Source: Acidimicrobiales bacterium
GTDB taxonomy: Bacteria > Actinomycetota > Acidimicrobiia > Acidimicrobiales > JBOGGX01
DNA: 54,725 nucleotides
Reading direction: 5' to 3'
Assembly (NCBI GenBank): GCA_050744245.1
Contig: JBOGGX010000027.1
Span: 1-54,725, forward strand
This document shows, in pieces, positions 44,743-53,174 of this stretch (the first letter of the stretch is position 1; each line of letters opens with the position of its first letter). A model generated the notes under the pieces. It did no database searches and was not told where the DNA came from. It saw nothing but the letters and a program-made list of their open reading frames with translations. A program made the position numbers and the translations under genes.

Positions 44743-45234
44743 TCAGCCGACGACCAGGGCGACCGTGAACACCACCGCGGCCGCCATGGGTCCCACCGTG
44801 CGCACGTGGTTCCACCTCGTCCATTCGGCGAAGTAGCGCCGCCAGTGGGCGGCCGCCTCGGGTCGAACGGGATCGATGGAGGCCAGGGCGTTGTTGCGCG
44901 GAACGTGATACGTGCCCGTGAGCACGATGGCCACGAGATAGAGCGCCGATCCGACGAGCAGGTAGATCGAGTAGGACTCGCCGAGGCGGAACAGCGCCAC
45001 CACGCCGAGCGCCAGGCAGAGCAGGGCCACGCCGAACAGGGGGAGCATGAACCGCGGCGACGGTGCGGCGACGTTGATCGACTGCATTGCCGCCATGCCC
45101 GTCTCATCCGGCAGCGCGGCGAGCCCCTTCATCACGAACGTCGAGAAGGCGAAGAAGACACCGGCCATCACGCCGGAACCGACGGCCGCCACGATGGTCA
45201 GGGTCATGATCACCGAATCGTCTGCCATGACCAC
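44743..45234 (-). CDS. DUF1772 (anthrone-oxygenase-like) membrane protein
   Basis: 163 aa with four hydrophobic helices. ...GVFFAFSTFVMKGL... and ...VPRNNAL...W..WNHVRT are typical of the family. Confidence 0.7.
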   Translation of the reverse strand: MVMADDSVIMTLTIVAAVGSGVMAGVFFAFSTFVMKGLAALPDETGMAAMQSINVAAPSPRFMLPLFGVALLCLALGVVALFRLGESYSIYLLVGSALYLVAIVLTGTYHVPRNNALASIDPVRPEAAAHWRRYFAEWTRWNHVRTVGPMAAAVVFTVALVVG

Positions 45235-45312
45235 AAGTCAACACCTCGGGCGGGAGACGGTCCATCGCCGAGGAGATCGCATCCATGCGCCAGCGTCCAG
45301 ACGCGGCCGGCC

Positions 45313-46176
45313 TCAACCGGTGAAGACGCCGGCGTGGTCGCGAGCGAAGTCAGCGAAGCTGCGGGGCTCGGCGCCGGTCAACTCCTTGACGGTGTCGGTC
45401 GTCTCGGCCGCGATGCCTTGGCGAAGGAACCCGAACACCGCGGCCACGTTGTCCGCGAACCACTCCGGCATGCCCGCGTCGACCATGCTCTGCCGCGCCG
45501 CGGCGTCGGGCACGCTGACGAACTCGACGGTGCGACCGGTGGCCTCGGAGAGGTGTCCCGCGATCTCGGCGAAGGAGATCGGATCGGGACCGGTGAGGAC
45601 GTAGGTCTTCCCGTCATGGCCGTCTTCGGTGAGAACTGCGGCGGCGCCGGTCCCGACGTCCCGCGGGTCGATCATCGCGATCCTGGCGTCGTCGGCAGGA
45701 GCGAACAGCGTGCCCATGTGCCTGACCGTCTCCGCCGATCCGACTACGTTCGTCATGTAGGTGCTGGGTTGCAGCACCACGGTCCGCAGCCCCGATGCCC
45801 ACAGATGCTGTTCGATGCGGCCGTGCGCGTCCCAGAACGCGACGGGCGAGCCGATCTCCGCGCCGAGGGCGGACAGCTTGACCACCCGTTGCACGCCCGC
45901 CGCAGCCGCCGCGTCGATCACGTTCGTCTCGTACTGCACCTTAAGGGGATGGTTGGCGCACGCGATGAACGCGTGGTCCATTCCCTTCATCGCGCGGCGC
46001 ACCGCCGCCTCGTCAGAGAGGTCGCCGGCCGCAAGCTGGACGCCCTCGCCGAGCCGTTCGGCCGCCCGGTCCGGGTCCCGTACCAAGGCACGAACGGAGT
46101 GACCCCGCGCCCTCAGCTCCCGCACCACCTGCGATCCCACGTTGCCGGTCGCCCCGGTGACCACGACGTTCGTCAT
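45313..46176 (-). CDS. NmrA-like / atypical SDR NAD(P)H-binding protein
   Basis: MTNVVVTGATGNVGSQVVRELRARGHSVRALVRD... Start is ATG 46176 within ORF 45313..46737. Confidence 0.85.
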   Translation of the reverse strand: MTNVVVTGATGNVGSQVVRELRARGHSVRALVRDPDRAAERLGEGVQLAAGDLSDEAAVRRAMKGMDHAFIACANHPLKVQYETNVIDAAAAAGVQRVVKLSALGAEIGSPVAFWDAHGRIEQHLWASGLRTVVLQPSTYMTNVVGSAETVRHMGTLFAPADDARIAMIDPRDVGTGAAAVLTEDGHDGKTYVLTGPDPISFAEIAGHLSEATGRTVEFVSVPDAAARQSMVDAGMPEWFADNVAAVFGFLRQGIAAETTDTVKELTGAEPRSFADFARDHAGVFTG

Positions 46177-46210
46177 TTTCTCGCTCCTCTGCTCGGTTTC
46201 GGGTTGGCGT

Positions 46211-46867
46211 TCATTCGGAACCAGCTCGTCGGGTCGAGGGCGGGATGGTGCGGTTGAAGCGGAAGCGGTTGTCCGGGTCGAAGCGGTCGTTGAGCTCGAC
46301 CAGGCGCTTCCAGTCCTCGGCCGAGTAGGCCGCCCGCACCCGCTCGGCGGTGGCGCCGTCGAGGTCCACAATGTTGAGGAAGGTGGTGCCGCGGGAGCTG
46401 GAATCCCGGCAGGCCGGCGAGCCCGTGGGGCGAAGCCTTGGCGGTGACGTCCGCCCACCTTGCTCCCGCATCGACGCGTGAGGTGCGCGCCTCTGGGTCG
46501 ATGTGGACGCCGTTCATACGCGAGGTGTTGATGAGGACGCCACCGGCGCACGGCGCCGCCGTCCCGTGACCGGTTGCCATCACTCGCCAAGACCCTCGTC
46601 CCGGGCGAAACGCACCGCGTCGAGAACGTCGGCCGGGCGCTCGGCCACGACCACCAGGGCCAGCCGGTGGCGTGCGTTGAGGTTCCACGTCGCATGCGCC
46701 TCGGCGTAGCCCTCGTCGACCGGCCGCAGCCGCGCACCCGACGGGCGGGCGCGCACCACGCGCACCGCGGCCACCGCCGCAGGGTCGACGTCTTGGTCGC
46801 TCACCGTCAGCAATACTCCTCGTCCGGCATAGCGGGCGACCGTCGCGCCGCCGGCCGATGGGGTCAT
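46211..46867 (-). pseudogene. FAD-linked (BBE/PCMH-type) oxidase remnant with frame break and large internal deletion
   Basis: Three pieces lie in two reading frames on the minus strand (the first and third share a frame). First, GYAEAHATWNLNARHR.ALVVVAERPADVLDAVRFARDEGL. Second, VMATGHGTAAPCAGGVLINTSRMNGVHIDPEARTSRVDAGARWADVTAKASPHGLAGLPG. Third, the C-terminal BBE tail FLNIVDLDGATAERVRAAYSAEDWKRLVELNDRFDPDNRFRFNRTIPP. About 200 codons remain against roughly 450 expected. Confidence 0.6.
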
Positions 46868-46926
46868 CCGTACCGAGTACTGATCTGCGGTTGACGACTC
46901 GAACTGGTGTTCGATAGAGTAGCGGG

Positions 46927-48203
46927 ATGGGTTTCGCTCCCGCTCCCGAGGCAGTTCGCCGTGAGGACGATGTGGCCGCGGTCGAGGAGCGGGTCGCGTC
47001 GTTGATGGGGGTGATCAACTCGGCGACGGCGCAGCTGGTCGAGGTGATCGCCGGGGTGGAGCGGACCGGGGCCTGGGAGGGGTGGGGGGTCCGCTCGTTG
47101 GAGCATTGGGTGACGTGGCGGTGCGGGGTGTCGGCCGCCCGGGCCCACCGGCTGGTGGCGATGGCTCGGGCGTTGCCCGGCCTGCCGGCGGTGCAGCAGG
47201 TGTTCGGCGCCGGGTCCCTGTCAGAGGACCAGGCCGCGGTCGTGGCCCGCCACGCCACGGCGGCCACCGACGCCACGGTGGCCGAGATGGCCCCGTTCCT
47301 GACCGTGCCCCAGTTGGGGCGGGTGGTGGCCTCGATCCCTCAACCCCCACCCGACCCTGTGGTCGAGGTCGACCAGGAAGCCCAACCGGACAACACGCTG
47401 GTTGAGCGGCGCCGGGTGAGCTTCGGTCACCGCGACGACGGCACCTGGTGGTTGCGGGCCCTGCTGCCCCCCGATGTGGGGGCGATGGTCGAACAGGCGT
47501 TGGCCGCGGGTCGCGACGCCGAGTTCCGGGATGGGGGGCCCGACCGCGAGCGGGTGTCGTGGGCCGACGGTCTGGTCCGGTTGGCCGAGACCGGGTTGGG
47601 GGCCCTCGAACGGGGCGATGACGAGGGCGACCGGGTCCGGCCGGGTGGGGGCGGTTCGAAGTGCTGGTCCATGTCGACGCCGACCGGGTCACCCCCACGG
47701 CATTGCATCTGGGGCCGTTGCTGCCGGCCGGGATCGGCCATCTGGTCACCTGTGACGCCACCGTGCGGGCCGTGATCGAACGGCTAGGTCGACCGGTGGG
47801 GTTGGGTCGGCGGCGGCGCACCGTGCCCCGCCGGGTGCGGGCCCTGGTCGAACGGCGCGACGGCGGGTGCCGCATCCCCGGCTGTGGCCGCCGTCACCGG
47901 CTCCACATCCATCACCTGGTTCACTGGGCCGCCGGGGGCGCCACCGACCTCGACAACCTGCTCGCGTTGTGTCCGGCCCACCACCGCCTCGTCCATCTGG
48001 GTCGGCTGGTGATCAGCGGCGACCCGACCCGGCCCGACGGCCTCGAGTTCACCGACCAGGACGGCCGGCGGCTCACCCCGGCCCGGGCCAGACCCACCCA
48101 CGGGCCCCCCGTCGACGCCGCCCGCCGGCTCGGCGACCCCACCCCCCGCTACCAGAACCCGACCGGCGAACCCCTCCAAACTTGGGCCATCGTCTGGAAC
48201 TGA
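46927..48203 (+). pseudogene. DUF222 / HNH endonuclease (13E12-repeat-type, mobile-element-like) with a frame break
   Basis: The DUF222 part, in the frame of ORF 46927, reads SLEHWVTWRCGVSAARAHRLVAMARAL.... The HNH part, in the frame of ORF 47661, reads RFEVLVHVDADRV...RALVERRDGGCRIPGCG...HIHHLVHWAAGGATDLDNLLALCPAHHRLVH. The break coincides with the GGGGG run at 47647-47651. Confidence 0.8.
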
Positions 48204-48235
48204 CGCGGCCAATGGTGCGCGGGCGACACTGAGCG

Positions 48236-48400
48236 TCAGGTCGCGCCCGGCGTGATGTTGTAGTTCATCCGGAAGAAATTCTCCGGGTCGTACTGCGCCT
48301 TGACCCGGCCCAGCCTGGCGTACTTCCAGGGTCCGCCGAAGGCATCGACGACCCGGGCCATCTCGTCGAAGTTGAGCATGTTGCGGTCGACGCGGATGTG
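48236..48400 (-). pseudogene. C-terminal BBE-domain fragment of a second FAD-linked oxidase
   Basis: Only the tail MLNFDEMARVVDAFGGPWKYARLGRVKAQYDPENFFRMNYNITPGAT is recognisable. The upstream frame is not protein-like. Confidence 0.5.
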
Positions 48401-48573
48401 GCTGCTGTCCGCCGCCTGCGAGGCCCACCTGGCCGCGCGAGCCGCCGGAACGGTCCATCCGCTCACGGCCGAGGAGATCGCGTCCTGGCGGGCCGTCGCC
48501 GACGAGCTCCTGCCTCGGCTGTGGGACCACCTACGCCGCCGCGTCGAGCATCCGTGACCCCAACGAGCCTGCG

Positions 48574-49401
48574 CTACAGCTCGACCGACTCCTCGTCGGC
48601 ATACGCCGCCGCCGCGCCGAGGAATCGGTAGGCCCACTCCTGGGCGAGCTGTCGGTTCTCGCAGAAGACGATGGGCACGTTCGGATACCGAACCTGGGCG
48701 GCCGCGAGCATCTCCGCCACCATCGCCGGCGCGACATACTTCAGCCTGAACACGTCCGCCCAGCGATCCTCGACCACGATCGCGGCCCTGCGGGCGGTGG
48801 CCAGCTCGCCCAGCGTCACGAGCAGGCTGCCATCGACCACGTTGCCCGCGAGCTCGGCCAGCTTCTTCCGCTCGACGACGCCGACGACGTCACCATCGAC
48901 GTCAACCGCGTAGTCGCCGATGGTGAGCGCTCGCCTGCTCGTCGATGCCTGCTGTCGTTCGAACCTCCACGCGTAGCGCTCACGACTGTCGACCACGATC
49001 TCGAGGACTCCGGCCGCGCTGCGCTTCGTCGGCAGCCGCATCCCTGGCCTCGTCTTACGGGTGGTCTTGGCCGTCTGCCAGAAGATGCCCTCGCGCCCGC
49101 CCGTGAGCGTCGTCACGACGAACTGCGAGCGGTTCTCCCGGTAGCGGTCGAGCACCAGGTCGATGGCGACCCCACGACGGGTGCAGGACCGCACCGGCGT
49201 CTCCTCGACCAGCTCGGGATCGTCGGGCCATTCGCCCCGATGGCAGTACACCTTGGCGGTGCGGGGCCACGTGTCCCGGGCCTTCAGCACCAACGGCGTC
49301 GACCCGACCGGGACCCACAGCAGGAACGGGAGCGTGCTGTCAACGTCGGGGTTGCGGGCGATCCGGAACGTCGCGGTCGAGGTCTGCGGCCCTGGCGTCA
49401 T
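48574..49401 (-). CDS. ERCC4 (XPF/Mus81/Hef-type) nuclease-domain protein with an uncharacterised N-terminal domain
   Basis: The C-terminal half has IVVDSRERYAWRF, TIGDYAV, VVERKKLAELAGNVVDGS and AIVVEDRW, which is the ERCC4 catalytic pattern. The N-terminal 130 or so aa (FRIARNPDVDSTLPFLLWVPVGS...WPRTAKVYCH) carry no motif I recognise. The ATG at 49401 overlaps the HxlR stop (ATGA). Confidence 0.75.
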   Translation of the reverse strand: MTPGPQTSTATFRIARNPDVDSTLPFLLWVPVGSTPLVLKARDTWPRTAKVYCHRGEWPDDPELVEETPVRSCTRRGVAIDLVLDRYRENRSQFVVTTLTGGREGIFWQTAKTTRKTRPGMRLPTKRSAAGVLEIVVDSRERYAWRFERQQASTSRRALTIGDYAVDVDGDVVGVVERKKLAELAGNVVDGSLLVTLGELATARRAAIVVEDRWADVFRLKYVAPAMVAEMLAAAQVRYPNVPIVFCENRQLAQEWAYRFLGAAAAYADEESVEL

Positions 49402-49808
49402 GCGCCCGCGCCCGGCTGGGCGATCGCGCATCCAACTGAGTCTTCGCCGTCCTGGATGACGCCGCCGGTGTCACGAGCCCAGGACACGCCCCATTCGTAG
49501 AGCGCGTCGACGAGAGGCTCGAGGCGGGCGCGCTCGCCTTCGGCGATGGCGTAGTCGACTCGCGGGGGCACCTGCTCGTAGACGGTGCGGACGATGACAC
49601 CGTCGGCTTCGAGCTCCCGCAGCTGCTGGGTGAGCATCTTTTGCGAGACGGTGGGCAGCAGGCGGCGCAGCTCGCCGTTGCGACGAGGTGCCTGCAGCAA
49701 GAAGTAGGCGATGAGCAGCTTCCACTTTCCGCCGAGGACGGTGAGTGGGACGTCAACCGGACAGAGATAGCTGTGCTCCTGTTGGCGTGCCGTCACTTGC
49801 ACGCACAT
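49398..49808 (-). CDS. HxlR-family winged-helix transcriptional regulator
   Basis: CPVDVPLTVLGGKWKLLIAYFLL..PRRNGELRRLLPTVSQKMLTQQLRELEADGVIVRTVYEQVPPRVDYAI. ATG 49808. Confidence 0.85.
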   Translation of the reverse strand: MCVQVTARQQEHSYLCPVDVPLTVLGGKWKLLIAYFLLQAPRRNGELRRLLPTVSQKMLTQQLRELEADGVIVRTVYEQVPPRVDYAIAEGERARLEPLVDALYEWGVSWARDTGGVIQDGEDSVGCAIAQPGAGA

Positions 49809-50072
49809 CCACGCCTCCCGAAGTCCCCGAACCTTGGTTACCAGAAAGTGCGTACTAGTCCTACGGACCTGTATAGGTTCATATGTCACCTCAATGGAGT
49901 CAAGGATTGAGGCCATCGAGGTCGACGCGTTGATCGTTGCCCCCGACCTCGGCGGGCGACCGGCCGAGCTTGCGATCGACCTCGGCTTCCGGCACGACAT
50001 CATCCGCGACACCGCGTCGTTCGTGTACGGCCCCGCGGGCGGGCGTGTCACCAACCGAGGGAGCGCACGCCC

Positions 50073-50474
50073 ATGACGCCACGCGTCGATCGCATCGAGG
50101 GCAGGGTCATGCCGGTCAACGCCTCCATCGTGCACGGGCCCGAAGGGCTCGTCGTGATCGACGGGATGCTCACCGTCTCCGACGCGGCGCTCGTCCGCCA
50201 CGCCATCACGGACACCGGCGAAAGACTCACGGGAGTCGTCATCACCCACCCCCATCCCGACCGCTACGCCGGTCTCGCGCACGTCGTCGACCAGGACGAC
50301 GTTCCCATCGTCGCGACCGGCGCAGTGGACCAGATCATCCGACGCGACGACGCGATCAAGGACGAGATCGTCGGTCCCATGATGGGCGACGAGTGGCCCA
50401 CGACCCGGATCTTCCCCAACCAAGTCGTGCACGGCGGCGACGAGCTACGTCTCGGTGGCATCACGCGCCGGTAG
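50073..50474 (+). pseudogene. MBL-fold metallo-hydrolase, 3'-truncated
   Basis: VNASIVHGPEGLVVIDG...VVITHPHPDRYAG (an HxHxDH-type motif) is present. The protein ends at 133 aa (ELRLGGITRR-stop), well short of the later metal ligands. Confidence 0.55.
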
Positions 50475-50875
50475 CCCCTCCGCACCACGAAGCAGGTCAC
50501 CGCCCACACGCCGTCGTCGTCCTCGTCCTCGTCCCGGCCGCTCCACGGGACGCGAGAGGTGCGCAGCTTGGGGTACGCCGTCCGCGGCTCGACCGCGACC
50601 CAGCCCGCCGGCTCGCCGTCGACATAGGCCACCAGCCCGCTGGTGGTCTCGGCGTTCGGGTCGCCGCAGGCGGTCTGGGCTTCGAGCATCGCCGTCCGCT
50701 GCTCCTGGGTGGAGTCACGCCAGATCCAACCGACGACCTTGAACCGCTGGCACTGGCACCGGCCGGGATAGTCGGTGGTGCCGAAGATCGCGGCGAGGTC
50801 CTTGCACGACGCCTCGTTGGCCGGGAAGATTGTCAGCTGCTCGGCCCGGATCGGTGCCGGGATCGCCGTCGTCAC
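50466..50875 (-). pseudogene. GNAT-family N-acetyltransferase, 3'-truncated
   Basis: The GTG at 50875 overlaps the DinB stop (GTGA). The text reads ...GRCQCQRFKVVGWIW...GLVAYVDGEPAGWVAVEPR...WAVTCFVVRRGYRR. The frame then runs into antisense MBL sequence instead of the acetyl-CoA-binding R/Q-x-x-G-x-G/A segment. Confidence 0.55.
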
Positions 50876-51429
50876 GGCTGGGGCGGGTCCTCTCCCACCA
50901 GACCGTCGACGGCCTCGCGGAAGAGGTCGGCGTGGCCGACGTGGCGGGCGTACTCGTCGTGCAGGTCGACCAGCGCCCGCCTGAGGTTGGGCGCCTCTCC
51001 GGAGTCGGTGGTGAACCTCGAGGGCTGGTCGAGCCCCCCGTCGGCGAGCGCCGCGACCCACGCGGCGCGAGATCGCTCCACGGCCGCGCGCCAGAGCGCG
51101 TAGAGCTCCTCGGGGGTGTCGTCGGCCGCCGAGTGCCATTCCCAGTCGGGATCGGCGTCGAAGTCGGCCTGCTTCCACGGCCCGGCCCATTGGCCGGTGA
51201 CGAAAACGGCTGTCTGCTTGTCCTCGACGAGCGCCATGTGCTTGAGCAGGCCGCCGATCGTCATCGCCGACGGAGGGTGCGCCTTCCTCAGGGCGGCGGC
51301 GTCGAGGCCGCCGCACTTCCAGGCGAACTGCGCCCGTGACCGTTCCAGCGCGAAGAGCAGCAGGTCGACCTCGGTGCCGGCCAGGGGCGGTTCTTGAATG
51401 GTGGTGTCCAGTTCGGTATCGTCGCTCAT
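50872..51429 (-). CDS. DinB-superfamily protein (DUF664 / mycothiol-transferase-like)
   Basis: LLLFALERSRAQFAWKCGGLD...TIGGLLKHMALVEDK and LHDEYARHVGHADLFREAVDG are present. Confidence 0.8.
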   Translation of the reverse strand: MSDDTELDTTIQEPPLAGTEVDLLLFALERSRAQFAWKCGGLDAAALRKAHPPSAMTIGGLLKHMALVEDKQTAVFVTGQWAGPWKQADFDADPDWEWHSAADDTPEELYALWRAAVERSRAAWVAALADGGLDQPSRFTTDSGEAPNLRRALVDLHDEYARHVGHADLFREAVDGLVGEDPPQP

Positions 51430-51485
51430 GCGCGGGCACGTTAGGGTTCATTCCGGACGTTCTACTTCCGGAATGGCGCGATGCG

Positions 51486-52369
51486 GTGATATCCGACGCG
51501 AGCCCCACGGCCCGGGCCCTGCTGGCCCTCGAACTGGTCGAGAGCAGCCCGGGCATCACCGCGGACCGAATCGCCGACAAGCTCGGCGTCTCTGAGCGGG
51601 CCGCCCGGCGGTACGTCGGCATCCTCCGCGAGGCCGGCATCCCCATCGAGTCGGTCCGCGGGCGGTATGGCGGCTACCACGTCGGCCGCGGCCTCCGGCT
51701 CCCGACGCGGTCGGCAGTGCGCTCGGCAAGATCATGCGGGCGCTCCCCGAGCCGGTGGCCGCCCAGGCCGATGCCGTTCGTCGGACCGCGGCGCCCGCCC
51801 CCGACCGCGCCGCGGCCCGGCCCGACCCCGAGACCACGACCACCCTCGTGCAGGCCTGCTCGAACCATCGACGGGTCCGCCTCGGCTACCGCTCCGAAGC
51901 CGGGCCGGAGTGGGTCATCGAGGTCGACCCGTGGGCGGTCGTCGTACGCCACGGCCGGTGGTACCTGCTGTGCGGGTCCCACACCTCGGACGCTCGGCGG
52001 GCCTACCGGATCGACCGGGTCCGCGGCGTCGAGGTGCTCCACGACACCTTCAGCCCACCCGCCGACCTCGACCCGGTCGCCGCGCTCGAGGAGCACCTCG
52101 CCGTCGGATGGGAGTACGACGTCGAGATCATCGTCGACGCGCCCGTCAACACCGTGGCCCGTTGCCTCCCCCGCACCATCGGACGTCTCGAGCCCCTCGA
52201 TGCCGAAGCGACCCGCCTGGTCGGCAGCACCAGCAGCCCGGTCTGGTACGCCGAGCAACTCGCGGCCATCCCGGCGTCGTACCGGATCGTGAGGTGCCCC
52301 GAGCTCCAGGAGGCCGCACGCGTCCTCGGGCAGCGGCTGCTGGCGGCGGGTGGGAGCACACATCGCTGA
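51486..52369 (+). pseudogene. HTH-WYL-WCX (YafY/PafBC-like) transcriptional regulator with an internal out-of-frame deletion
   Basis: The HTH part reads ARALLALELVESSPGITADRIADKLGVSERAARRYVGILREAGIPIESVRGRYGGYHVGRGLRLP. The frame then changes near 51695-51705 to DAVGSALGKIMRALPEPV.... The WYL core follows: RRVRLGYRSEAGPEWVIEVDPWAVVVRHGRWYLLCG...RAYRIDRV. About 30 residues expected after LRLPP are absent. Confidence 0.65.
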
Positions 52370-52813
52370 CCTGGTGCACGCGTCCGTCGGGAAGCTCACG
52401 GGCGAGGTCCATGCTGAGAAGGTCGTCACGGCCGTCACGCGCGGCACCGTCGACCCGCGTTGGCGCGACATCATGGACGTCGTCCGCTGGCAGCGCACCA
52501 CGCGATTGACGGCGACGACCTCGTCGCGTCTGTGCGCAAGGTGGCTCGACACCGTGGAGTCGATCTGCTCTCCCTCGATGACGTCCTCGATGGGTTCGGC
52601 GAGATCGGCCAGCAGCGATGGCCGGGCTGGCGGCGAAGGCAGCATGTTGAGGACCGCACTCCCGATCTGTTCGAGCTCTCGCGCGTGGAGGTAGCCGCCC
52701 CCAAGCACCTCGAGCGATGCTCGCACGGCGCCGACGAGGAGCCGGGACTACCAGACTCGCATGACGCGCCGACCAGCCCAGCTCCATTGGTTCGCTGACC
52801 GGCCGGCCCGCGC

Positions 52814-53149
52814 TCATTCGTCGACGAGGAACCGCGCCTCGATCGACTGCGCGCCCATGTAGTCATCGCCCGTCAGGTCGAGGAGCACGTCGAGGTACTC
52901 GATGCCCACGTCGTCGATCATGTCCTCGATCTCATCGTCGGCAACCACTGCGGCGTCGTAGAGCACCCGACCCTCGAGCGCGATGACGCGCAGGATCCGG
53001 AGCGTCGGCACCCAGTCCGCGCGGCGATGTGCCTCGCGCGCCGATCGGTACGCCTCGATCAGGTCGGCACTTGGCATCGCGAACCCCCGGTCAGCGGACA
53101 GTCCGACGGTAGGTCGAGTCGACGTCGTCGCAGTGGCTTGCGAGCTCAC
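52814..53149 (-). CDS. Small acidic hypothetical protein
   Basis: Probably starts at ATG 53077: MPSADLIEAYRSAREAHRRADWVPTLRILRVIALEGRVLYDAAVVADDEIEDMIDDVGIEYLDVLLDLTGDDY... Coding-like GC3. No known motif. Confidence 0.4.
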   Translation of the reverse strand: MSSQATATTSTRPTVGLSADRGFAMPSADLIEAYRSAREAHRRADWVPTLRILRVIALEGRVLYDAAVVADDEIEDMIDDVGIEYLDVLLDLTGDDYMGAQSIEARFLVDE

Positions 53150-53174
53150 GTTCGATCGGGTGAGCTCTTGACCG

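Noticed and set aside
46196-46207. GTTTCGGGT(T/C)GG occurs near the left edge of the accessory segment and again at 54577-54588. It was considered as att-like direct repeats.
   Set aside because: 11 of 12 nt, too short to be meaningful. The right-hand copy is the tail of the candidate terminator.
49903-49919. GATTGAGGCCATC upstream of the MBL gene also occurs in the right arm of the IS hairpin (54628-54640). It might be a solo IS end.
   Set aside because: Only a 13-nt exact match with about 16/17 similarity. Repeated 13-mers are expected by chance among about 10^5 positions of biased composition, and there is no second supporting feature.
49834-50076. 80-aa plus-strand ORF (..MESRIEAIEVDALIVAPDLGGRPAELAIDLGFRHDIIRDTASFVYGPAGG..) in the HxlR/MBL intergenic region. 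It shows fairly good G/C third-position bias.
   Set aside because: No recognisable motif, and the start lies in the lowest-GC, promoter-like stretch. It may be yet another gene fragment, but I cannot support a call.
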